From IMG/VR virus record IMGVR_UViG_3300020048_000028: a stretch of DNA of 64,000 nt; one strand, given 5' to 3'. Shown piece by piece: positions 1 through 7,506 of this stretch. A model generated the notes under the pieces. The model was not told where the DNA came from, did no database searches, and saw only the letters and a program-made list of their open reading frames with translations. Every line of letters starts with the position of its first letter. Position 1 is the stretch's first letter. Position numbers and translations under genes: made by a program. The stretch is from an uncultured virus (IMG/VR IMGVR_UViG_3300020048_000028) (lineage: Duplodnaviria > Heunggongvirae > Uroviricota > Caudoviricetes).

Positions 1-127
1 AATGAGTGGATTAACTCTGATTCAATATTGAGTGCCTTGATAGCACCTGTCAAAAAGCTAACATTTAAACAAAAAGTAGCATGAAAACAAATGTTTTAAA
101 CAATACAAATGAAAAACAATATCACAA
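1..127 (+). mobile_element. tnpB: 3' end of a second tnpB element copy (last 27 codons, stop at 82-84, plus right end), truncated by the window edge
   Basis: Near-identical to 32122-32248 (NEWINSDSILSALIAPVK.LTF.QKVA*); identity stops after ATCACAA. Confidence 0.9.
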
Positions 128-203
128 ACAATGGATAAAATCTATATGTGCAGATTTTAATAAAACGACAAGGTTGATTTTAATAAAAAAGACTTGAAAG
201 TCA

Positions 204-420
204 ATGTATTTTATGTAATACAAAATGTATTTTATATAATACAAAATGTATTTTATATAATACAAAATGTATTTTATATAATACACTCAATGTAATTAAT
301 TATAGTTTAATTTTAATCAAGATTGTAAATCAAGTGAAATGTATCGTAAATAATATAAAATGTATTTTATTTAATACAAAATGTATTTTATTTAATACAA
401 AATGTATTTTGTGTAATAAT
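204..420. repeat. Bipartite array of 4+4 copies of a 21-bp quasi-palindromic repeat (ATGTATTTT-N4-AATACAAA)
   Basis: Units start at 204, 225, 246, 267 and 339, 360, 381, 402; core TGTATT-N6-AATACA. Confidence 0.95.
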
Positions 421-425
421 TTATG

Positions 426-433
426 TAACTTTG
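426..433 (+). promoter_or_regulatory. Bacteroidota-type -7 promoter box (TAnnTTTG)
   Basis: TAACTTTG about 50 bp upstream of the operon start at 481. Confidence 0.6.
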
Positions 434-480
434 TTTTGTGGAAATTTTAGTTTAAATAATCAAGTTTTAATAATCAAAAA

Positions 481-831
481 ATGGAAAGGCAACAGGTAGT
501 AGAAAACATAACGCTTATGCTTCAGCAAGCTAAGAGTATAGCAACTGATAGAAAATACGGTTACGGAATAACCTATGTTTATTATGCAGGAGGAACTTTA
601 TGTTTAGATATTAATGATAAGTCGAATAAAAAATTTCTAATAATGGTAAATATATCTACCGAAAAGTATATGATTGAAAAAGAAAATGGAGAATTTATAT
701 CATTTCTACTTCCATTAAAAGCTTTAAGATTAGCGTTTGATATTTATGAAATAAAAAAAGGAAAGACCGAGTATTTTGAAACCTGCTTAAAAAATAGCTG
801 TCTTAGATTTTTAAACGAAAAAAACAAATAA
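481..831 (+). CDS. hypothetical protein
   Basis: 116-aa ORF, first gene after the promoter. Confidence 0.75.
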   Translation: MERQQVVENITLMLQQAKSIATDRKYGYGITYVYYAGGTLCLDINDKSNKKFLIMVNISTEKYMIEKENGEFISFLLPLKALRLAFDIYEIKKGKTEYFETCLKNSCLRFLNEKNK

Positions 832-834
832 ATA

Positions 835-1068
835 ATGGAAACACAAGAAAGTAAAATTGAAACACAAAAGCAGCAATTGGATATACCTGCTGTTATACAA
901 CGTGATATTTATCAAGAACTCAGGGTTGTGGGATTGACACACGAGCAATGTTCTGATGTGATGGATTTAATTGATACACTACCAATTCACATTAAAGATG
1001 GTATAAATAACACAAAAGTAAGTGTGTCAAATGGTATAATTACGGTAGAACCTAATCATGTTGTATAA
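835..1068 (+). CDS. hypothetical protein (cassette 1; ORF reads through the GTT junction)
   Basis: 77-aa ORF; its stop codon is the TAA of the cassette-end TAAC. Confidence 0.7.
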   Translation: METQESKIETQKQQLDIPAVIQRDIYQELRVVGLTHEQCSDVMDLIDTLPIHIKDGINNTKVSVSNGIITVEPNHVV

Positions 1069-1069
1069 C

Positions 1070-1128
1070 GTTTTGCAGCTAATAGACGGGCTTGACACTT
1101 ATATAATTCCGCCTGTTTATTAGGTGCT
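1070..1128. repeat. Cassette spacer hairpin 1 (attC-like)
   Basis: GCAGCTAATAGACGGGC...GCCTGTTTATTAGGTGC; nearly identical to 1489-1547. Confidence 0.9.
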
Positions 1129-1171
1129 GTTAGCAGTTGTGCCAAAGAAAAACAAACTAAAAATAAAATAT

Positions 1172-1471
1172 ATGTATACAGAATATTACGGTAAAGAAAA
1201 AACAATTTTAGGGCTTTTTGATGTTGATGAAAGACTTAATCATAATAGTTGGACTATTAGAGGAACTCATATTACTAATTTTAGTAAAGAAAATGTTTTA
1301 AAGTATAAATATACGATTGATGAATTTAAGAAAATTGACCCTGAAATTGTTTTGGTTATATCGGGTTTTTCGTATAATAATACAGGCAAAGCTATTGATG
1401 GATATTCATTACATAGAATTGGAGAATGTAGAGATTTAAGTGTGTTTTGGAGAATTTATGAAAGAGCGTAA
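1172..1471 (+). CDS. hypothetical protein (cassette 2)
   Basis: ORF track 1124..1471; ATG at 1172 after an A-rich leader is the more plausible start. Confidence 0.7.
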   Translation: MYTEYYGKEKTILGLFDVDERLNHNSWTIRGTHITNFSKENVLKYKYTIDEFKKIDPEIVLVISGFSYNNTGKAIDGYSLHRIGECRDLSVFWRIYERA

Positions 1472-1488
1472 ATGGCATTACTGCTAAC

Positions 1489-1547
1489 GTTTTGCAGCTA
1501 ATAGACGGGCTGAACACTTATATAATTCCGCCTGTTTATTAGGTGCT
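1489..1547. repeat. Cassette spacer hairpin 2 (attC-like)
   Basis: 59-bp copy of 1070-1128 differing only in the loop. Confidence 0.9.
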
Positions 1548-1604
1548 GTTATATTTAGTTGCCTAAAATAGCAATGCGGAGTGAAAAACATAAAATTAAA
1601 AAAT

Positions 1605-2339
1605 ATGATAAATACAAAAAAAGGAAATAGTATTGAATTACTTAAAGGATTAGAAAGTAATAGCATTGATTTAATAATTACTGACCCTCCATACAAAACG
1701 ACTAAAAGAGGAAATAGTGGAGGAACAGGCGGTATGCTAAAAGAAGATAATTTTATTAAGGGAAATGGCGGTTTTGCTAATAATGATATTAAGTTTTCAG
1801 AATGGCTACCATTATGCTATAATGTTTTAAAAGATGGTGGACACTTTTACGTTATGACTAATAATAAGTGTTTAAAGGAAATGTTAAATGAATTAGAAAA
1901 AGCAAAATTTAATGTGTTTAAAACTCTAATATGGGCTAAAGATAATTGCATTACGAATATGTATTATATGGATAGCCACGAGTATATTATTTTTGCTTAT
2001 AAAGGTAAAGCTAATAAAATAAATAACTGCGGAACGAGAAGTGTTTTAAATATACCTAATTGTAAAAACAAACTACACCCAAGCGAAAAACCTATTGATT
2101 TAATGAAGATTTTAATTGAAAATTCAAGTAAAGAAAATGATATTGTTTTAGACCCATTTATGGGAAGTGGTAGTACAGGAGTTGCTTGTTTGAAATCAAA
2201 TAGAAAATTTGTAGGTTTTGAAATAGATGAAAATTATTATCAAATTGCTACTGATAGATTTAGTTCTAAAAAAGTTGTAGCAAAAAAAATAACTCATCAA
2301 AATACAAACACAACTAATAATGAATTAACACTTTTTTAA
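1605..2339 (+). CDS. N4/N6 DNA methyltransferase, beta class (cassette 3)
   Basis: ITDPPY catalytic motif, HPSEKP, then SAM-binding VLDPFMGSGST; no cognate endonuclease nearby. Confidence 0.92.
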   Translation: MINTKKGNSIELLKGLESNSIDLIITDPPYKTTKRGNSGGTGGMLKEDNFIKGNGGFANNDIKFSEWLPLCYNVLKDGGHFYVMTNNKCLKEMLNELEKAKFNVFKTLIWAKDNCITNMYYMDSHEYIIFAYKGKANKINNCGTRSVLNIPNCKNKLHPSEKPIDLMKILIENSSKENDIVLDPFMGSGSTGVACLKSNRKFVGFEIDENYYQIATDRFSSKKVVAKKITHQNTNTTNNELTLF

Positions 2340-2386
2340 ATAACGCTATATGCCCACAGGTGCGGTGGGAGGCAATTGAATATAAC

Positions 2387-2502
2387 GGTTCGCAGCTAAA
2401 CGAGGTGGCGTTTTCCACCACAAAATATTATTAAAAACACAAATTATGAATACAGAAAAAATGCCCTTAGAAAACGAAAACGAGCCATCTTGTTTAGGTG
2501 CT
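2387..2502. repeat. Cassette spacer hairpin 3 (long-loop variant containing an ATG)
   Basis: GCAGCTAAACGAGGTGGC...GCCATCTTGTTTAGGTGC, with compensatory changes relative to spacers 1 and 2. Confidence 0.85.
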
Positions 2503-2838
2503 GTTAGCGGTAGTACGGGTTCGGAAAGAATAATATGTGCTGCAAATTACTACAATGATGGAAAAGTAGAGGTTCATAGTTGTAAAAACATAGAGGTTGG
2601 ATTTGTGATATGCGGTCATAGACATCATAACTGCATAGGAACTTTTGTTAAAATGGTTGGTTTTCCTTATTCCGATGAAGCACATAAATTACAAGATACT
2701 GAAATACAAGGGTTTTTAACTTCTAAAAACAGATTTGTAACAAGAGAAGAAGGATTGATAATTGCATTGAGAGAAAATCAGGTAATGGATATAAAGGAAA
2801 TTCGAGGGAACAGATTATTCTCGGAGGACTTATATTAG
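2446..2838 (+). CDS. phage-type hypothetical protein (cassette 4), Cys/His-rich
   Basis: CGHRHHNC, QGFLTSKNRFVTREE and LFSEDLY motifs; start codon lies inside spacer 3. Confidence 0.8.
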   Translation: MNTEKMPLENENEPSCLGAVSGSTGSERIICAANYYNDGKVEVHSCKNIEVGFVICGHRHHNCIGTFVKMVGFPYSDEAHKLQDTEIQGFLTSKNRFVTREEGLIIALRENQVMDIKEIRGNRLFSEDLY

Positions 2839-2896
2839 TATTACCGCTAACTACTCTATACAACCAACTAACCTTTAAATCACCAATAAAATCAAT

Positions 2897-3178
2897 ATGG
2901 AAAAGCCAAACAATGACTATTTTATAATTTATTCAAACTACTTAATTTTTGAAAACCAAACTTTAGCTTTTAGAAAAAAAGAACTATTTAATATTACTAA
3001 TTTGCCTATTCATATTGATTTTAATATTAACGCTAATTGTTGGATTGTAAATAGGAAGCAGCTAACTAAAAGTAAAGCAAAAGCATTAATTATAAGTGAG
3101 CCTAAAATAGTCGATGTGAGTTCCTTGCAATGGTATTATCAGGAACAGTTAAACCATGTGTTTAATTTAAAGAAATAA
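2897..3178 (+). CDS. hypothetical protein
   Basis: 93-aa ORF. Confidence 0.7.
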   Translation: MEKPNNDYFIIYSNYLIFENQTLAFRKKELFNITNLPIHIDFNINANCWIVNRKQLTKSKAKALIISEPKIVDVSSLQWYYQEQLNHVFNLKK

Positions 3179-3233
3179 ATCTCGTTGTTAATAACTTTTG
3201 CATAATATATATTGCATATTAAGTATTTATCGC

Positions 3234-3241
3234 TAATTTTG
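3234..3241 (+). promoter_or_regulatory. Bacteroidota-type -7 promoter box
   Basis: TAATTTTG in the intergenic gap before 3297. Confidence 0.55.
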
Positions 3242-3296
3242 TATCGGCTATAACAGTTATAAATTAAACTTAAAAACAACAAAAACGGTCAAATCT

Positions 3297-4598
3297 ATGA
3301 AAATTATCAAAATCACAAGTAAAGGTGAGATAGACGAAAGAGCTTTCTCATTATTAGGTGCATCTTCAAAGAGAGATGATAACACTAAAATTGGTATGTT
3401 TGGTTCAGGGTTAAAGTACTCCCTTGCCTATTTACTAAGAAAAGAAATTAAATTTAAAGTTTTTTCGGGCTACCGAGAAGTTAATTTTACTACGGAGAAA
3501 GAAGTATTTAGAGATAAATCTTTCAATCGTATTTATGTAAATGGTAAAGAAACTTCTTTGACTACCGATATGGGTATGGATTGGCAGCATTGGTTTGTAA
3601 TGCGAGAGATTTACTGTAATGCCCTCGATGAATCTGAAGGTTCTATTACTGTTGAGGAAATTGATTCTTTTGAAGATATTAAACCTATTGAAGATTTTAC
3701 ATCATTCTTTATTTCAGTTGATGATGATTTTAATACCATTATTGATAATTGGAATGATTACTTTTCTGAAAACAGAAAGGATTTGATTTTCCATGATGAT
3801 AATTTTAATCAGATTTATGCAGGCGGAGAAAAAGTATTAATTTATAGAAAAGGAATTAGATGCCATTCAAACCCATCAACTAAGGCTTTATTTCACTATG
3901 ATATGTCTTGGATTAATATTAATGAAAGCCGAATTATTGCCGATGATTATGATTTTAGGTACAATCTTGTTAAATTTTTGAAAACAATAAAAGACGAGAA
4001 AGTTATTCATAGAATTTTATATAACGTAAACGACTATTGGGAGAAAAATCTATATTGGGAGTGTTCTTTTAGTTTTGATGATGCTTGGAAAAATCTTATT
4101 GGAGATAAATATCTTATACCTTATGAAACAGCAGGTTTGTGGGATGATGAGATGAAGTTATTAAAAGGAGAGTATATTATTTTACCTCAATCTATGGTTA
4201 AATCACTTAAAATTACATTTGGAGCAGATATTAAAGTTATTGGAGAAAATGGAGTTGATTCAAAAGGGGATAAAAAGATAATTGAAGTCCTTGACAAAAA
4301 ACAAAACTTTATGATTAAAGAAGCAACCACTTTTCTTAAAGAGGCAGGTTTTGATATTAAATACCCAATAAAAATTGTTAAATTTCACAGCCCAAATATT
4401 CTTGGACAAGCTGAACATGATGTTATTTATTTGTCTGAAAAGCTTTTTAATATGGGTAAAAGAAAACTCGCTGCCGTAATTATAGAGGAAAACGAACATA
4501 ATTCAACGGGGTGGGGAGATGAAACAAGAGAATTTCAATCTCACTTTATTGACTTATATCTTGGTTCGTTAGAAGATAAAGTGGGAATTTATTTATAG
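3297..4598 (+). CDS. GHKL-type ATPase-like protein with permuted motif order
   Basis: IGMFGSGLKYSL (G2 box) followed by REIYCNALDE (N box). Confidence 0.55.
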   Translation: MKIIKITSKGEIDERAFSLLGASSKRDDNTKIGMFGSGLKYSLAYLLRKEIKFKVFSGYREVNFTTEKEVFRDKSFNRIYVNGKETSLTTDMGMDWQHWFVMREIYCNALDESEGSITVEEIDSFEDIKPIEDFTSFFISVDDDFNTIIDNWNDYFSENRKDLIFHDDNFNQIYAGGEKVLIYRKGIRCHSNPSTKALFHYDMSWININESRIIADDYDFRYNLVKFLKTIKDEKVIHRILYNVNDYWEKNLYWECSFSFDDAWKNLIGDKYLIPYETAGLWDDEMKLLKGEYIILPQSMVKSLKITFGADIKVIGENGVDSKGDKKIIEVLDKKQNFMIKEATTFLKEAGFDIKYPIKIVKFHSPNILGQAEHDVIYLSEKLFNMGKRKLAAVIIEENEHNSTGWGDETREFQSHFIDLYLGSLEDKVGIYL

Positions 4599-4601
4599 TC
4601 T

Positions 4602-4808
4602 ATGACAGTTATTCACGAATTGCAACAAATATTATGGGTTTCAACGCCTCATGGGGATGGTCAAGTATTATTCCTAATGGATTATGGGGTTCACGAAAAC
4701 ACAATATTTGTTGTAGCTCTTGAAGAAAGTGGAATAATTAAACACTACAATAGCAATGATGTAAAACTTTGTAAAAATAACACAATAAAAATAAATAATA
4801 AACAATAA
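4602..4808 (+). CDS. hypothetical protein
   Basis: 68-aa ORF within the operon. Confidence 0.7.
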   Translation: MTVIHELQQILWVSTPHGDGQVLFLMDYGVHENTIFVVALEESGIIKHYNSNDVKLCKNNTIKINNKQ

Positions 4809-4818
4809 AAATAAAAAA

Positions 4819-5079
4819 ATGGAAGAAGTGATTTTAGAATTTAATGAAGAACAGCAAATGTTTCATTATAACAGCGTAATAGACAACGCTCCAAAAGATG
4901 AGGAAAATAGATTAGGTTGGAAAACTTTAATTGTAGCAGATAGCGAAAAAGAAGCTTCTGTATATGCAGATTTTTTATATACTCAATTTTTAAAAGAAGG
5001 AAAACGAGCAAAATTTGATGAATTAGAAAAAACAGCAATGAATCTAAAAAGATTCCTTGTCCAATTTTGTAGCATTTAA
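4819..5079 (+). CDS. hypothetical protein
   Basis: 86-aa ORF within the operon. Confidence 0.7.
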   Translation: MEEVILEFNEEQQMFHYNSVIDNAPKDEENRLGWKTLIVADSEKEASVYADFLYTQFLKEGKRAKFDELEKTAMNLKRFLVQFCSI

Positions 5080-5099
5080 TCCAAATCAATAACAATAAT

Positions 5100-5780
5100 A
5101 TGCAAAAAAAAGAAGAAGAAATCTACAAAAAGATTGAGGAAATTTATGGTCAGGAAAAAGGTAAAAACTTTATAACTCATCTTTTGAGGAGTTTTTTACC
5201 AATCAATCGTTCAAAATTCATGTTTGAATTGAACAAGGATAAAAAGATGATTTGTGCTATAACAGGTTCAAAGCTAATTTGCAGAGCAGAAGTCATGAAG
5301 TTTCAGTTAGATAATGTTGATGTTATTCTTAAAAACTTTTCTGATAGATTGTTGCAAAAAACAACAGAAAATGTTGTAATTAACAACTTTAAAGGAAAGT
5401 TTATGGCTATTGAGTGCGAAAGTTCAAATAGATTATTGACTTTAACAGCAGTTGAGCAGTTGTTTAATTTTAGTGCAACGGAATTGTTAAAAGGAAACAA
5501 GCATATTGAGTTTATCCTTAGAGATGAACAAAAGAAAGAAATGGCAAAAACTAAAACAGAAACAGATTCAGAACATTACTCAGAGTGGAATAAAATTAAA
5601 CAATTTCCAACAACAGATGAAATTAAACCTAAAAAATTTAATTTAAAAACGCCTGAAAAGTTTAAAAATACTGAAAAACCTAAATTTGAAAAACCTAAAG
5701 AAAAAGAATTGGTTTCAACATTTGGAGATTTGGCAGCGTTACAAAATCTAAAGAAAAAGCTTGAAGAAGAAGGTAAATAA
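5100..5780 (+). CDS. hypothetical protein
   Basis: 226-aa ORF with a K/E/P-rich C-terminus ending TFGDLAALQNLKKKLE. Confidence 0.8.
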   Translation: MQKKEEEIYKKIEEIYGQEKGKNFITHLLRSFLPINRSKFMFELNKDKKMICAITGSKLICRAEVMKFQLDNVDVILKNFSDRLLQKTTENVVINNFKGKFMAIECESSNRLLTLTAVEQLFNFSATELLKGNKHIEFILRDEQKKEMAKTKTETDSEHYSEWNKIKQFPTTDEIKPKKFNLKTPEKFKNTEKPKFEKPKEKELVSTFGDLAALQNLKKKLEEEGK

Positions 5781-5797
5781 TAAATTAAAATAAAAAT

Positions 5798-6187
5798 ATG
5801 ATTGATATAACTACTATTCGTATTATTGATGAATGCGAAGAAAACAATAGAGATATTGTTTTAGATTCAGCTATTCAGGTTTACGGAATTTTAAATCAGC
5901 TTGATATGGCTATTGAGGAGTGTGCAGAATTAATACAAGCAATTAATAAGATAAAAAGAAGCTTCACTATTGATGAAATAAAAAACATTAAAAATGGGAA
6001 TCATATCTTTAAAAGCACAGAAGATGCTATTGTTTATAATAATGTGTGCAGCGAGATTGCCGATGTTAAAATAATGCTATATCAACTTGAAAAAATATTT
6101 GATAAAAATAATATAGATATATCTGAAGAAAGAAAGCTTATTAGATTAGAAGAAAGACTATTAAAATATAAACCAAAAAACAAATAA
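5798..6187 (+). CDS. MazG-like all-alpha NTP pyrophosphohydrolase
   Basis: IEECAELIQAI...SEIADVKIM (EExxE...ExxD). Confidence 0.75.
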   Translation: MIDITTIRIIDECEENNRDIVLDSAIQVYGILNQLDMAIEECAELIQAINKIKRSFTIDEIKNIKNGNHIFKSTEDAIVYNNVCSEIADVKIMLYQLEKIFDKNNIDISEERKLIRLEERLLKYKPKNK

Positions 6188-6188
6188 A

Positions 6189-6590
6189 ATGAGAAGAATA
6201 ACAGTAGTAGGAAATCTTACGGCAGATGCCGAAGTAAAAGATGTAAGTAACAAGAAGGTCATAAACTTTTCCATTGGAATGAGTGAGAAATTTAAAGACC
6301 AACAAGGAAATGTTACAGAAAAACCATATTATTATAATTGCTCTATATGGAGAGATTCAAATGTTAAAATAGCAGATTATTTAAAAAAAGGAACTAAAGT
6401 TTTAATTGAGGGAAGTCCTGATACCGATTTATATCAAGACAAAGAAGGTAAGTGGAAAGCTGCTATAAAAATTTCAGTTTCTAATTTAGAGTTAATGGGT
6501 GGGGGAAATAGAGATAATCAATCAGCTTCTTCAGACTCAGCTTCTACATCTAATGATAGCGAAATAGAGAATGTTTTTGGTAGACAATAA
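6189..6590 (+). CDS. ssb: single-stranded DNA-binding protein
   Basis: VVGNLTADAE, YLKKGTKVLIEG; acidic tail lacks the canonical DxPF end. Confidence 0.9.
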   Translation: MRRITVVGNLTADAEVKDVSNKKVINFSIGMSEKFKDQQGNVTEKPYYYNCSIWRDSNVKIADYLKKGTKVLIEGSPDTDLYQDKEGKWKAAIKISVSNLELMGGGNRDNQSASSDSASTSNDSEIENVFGRQ

Positions 6591-6602
6591 ATACGATAAA
6601 AA

Positions 6603-6875
6603 ATGGAAAAACGAAAATTTTGGAAATCAGTTGCTTTAAGAGCTTTGATTGTTTTCTTAACAGCTTTATTTACTCTTAAGATTATTTTAATTTCATTTGG
6701 TTTTATGACAAATCACTCAAGCACATTGTTTTTATTGTTGGGTATTTTATTAATAGCATTTTCAATACTTATATTAATAATTGTTTGTGAACATCAAGCA
6801 AATGCAATTAGATGGAAAAAAAGAGCATTACGGTTTTCTGACATAGAAGAAAATAAACAAGAAATTGATAAGTAA
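6603..6875 (+). CDS. small membrane protein (2 TM segments)
   Basis: Two long hydrophobic stretches. Confidence 0.7.
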   Translation: MEKRKFWKSVALRALIVFLTALFTLKIILISFGFMTNHSSTLFLLLGILLIAFSILILIIVCEHQANAIRWKKRALRFSDIEENKQEIDK

Positions 6876-6888
6876 AAACATAAAAAAT

Positions 6889-7182
6889 ATGGCAAAAGTA
6901 TATATATCAGGAGCAATAACAGGATTAGAGTATGACGCAGCGTTTCAAAATTTTGAAAATGCTGAACAAGAAGTAAAAGAAATGGGAGGAGTTCCTATAA
7001 ACCCAATGAAGCTTGACCATAAAGAAAATTCAGATTGGTATGATTTTATGGAAAAAGACATTGCTGCTCTTTTAAGGTGTGAGGGAATCTATATGTTAAA
7101 AAATTGGGGGAAATCTAAAGGTGCAAGATGCGAATATGTCCTCGCTAAAGAACTTGGTTTAAATGTTGTTTTTCAAAAATAA
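6889..7182 (+). CDS. DUF4406-like (nucleoside deoxyribosyltransferase-fold) protein
   Basis: KVYISGAITG...INP...CEGIYMLKNWGKSKGARCE. Confidence 0.8.
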   Translation: MAKVYISGAITGLEYDAAFQNFENAEQEVKEMGGVPINPMKLDHKENSDWYDFMEKDIAALLRCEGIYMLKNWGKSKGARCEYVLAKELGLNVVFQK

Positions 7183-7196
7183 ATAATAAAATAATT

Positions 7197-7502
7197 ATGG
7201 CTACATATAAACAAAAATCAGAAATTCATGGAATTGGATTATTTACTTATGAAAATATAAAAGAAGGAGATGTAATTATGGAGGTTGCAGATTTAAACAG
7301 GTTTTATAAAAACATGGAATTTATAACAAATAAAGGCAAATTAGTTAATCATAAAAAAGATTGCAATTGCTACATAAATCTTGTTATAGACAAGTATTAT
7401 CTATTGGCAAATCGTGATATAGAACCAAATGAAGAATTAACTGCCGATTATTCTGTTTTAGAATATCCTTTTAAAAGTGATGTAACGGGTTATAAAAATT
7501 AA
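7197..7502 (+). CDS. minimal SET-domain protein (putative lysine methyltransferase)
   Basis: SEIHGIGLF, VNHKKDCN and EELTADY match the SET motifs GxG, NHxxxxN and ELxxDY. Confidence 0.8.
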   Translation: MATYKQKSEIHGIGLFTYENIKEGDVIMEVADLNRFYKNMEFITNKGKLVNHKKDCNCYINLVIDKYYLLANRDIEPNEELTADYSVLEYPFKSDVTGYKN

Positions 7503-7506
7503 AATA

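Larger units (their letters stand above)
892..2851. mobile_element. Integron-like (attC/CALIN-like) array of four gene cassettes
   Basis: Each body starts GTTA and ends TAAC with its own 14-17 bp inverted repeat (892/1069, 1129/1488, 1548/2386, 2503/2851); bodies are separated by homologous hairpin spacers. Confidence 0.8.

Noticed and set aside
204..420. 21-bp repeats (also 9887-10092) as a CRISPR array
   Set aside because: Units are contiguous with only 4 variable bases, there are no unique spacers, and no cas genes are visible
1092..1107. TTGACA...TATAAT as a sigma70 promoter
   Set aside because: Only 4 bp separate the boxes, and TTGACA is not kept in the second copy
1066..1551. Two 59-bp spacers as CRISPR repeats or terminators
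   Set aside because: They are separated by whole genes and lack a U-tract; cassette junctions explain them better
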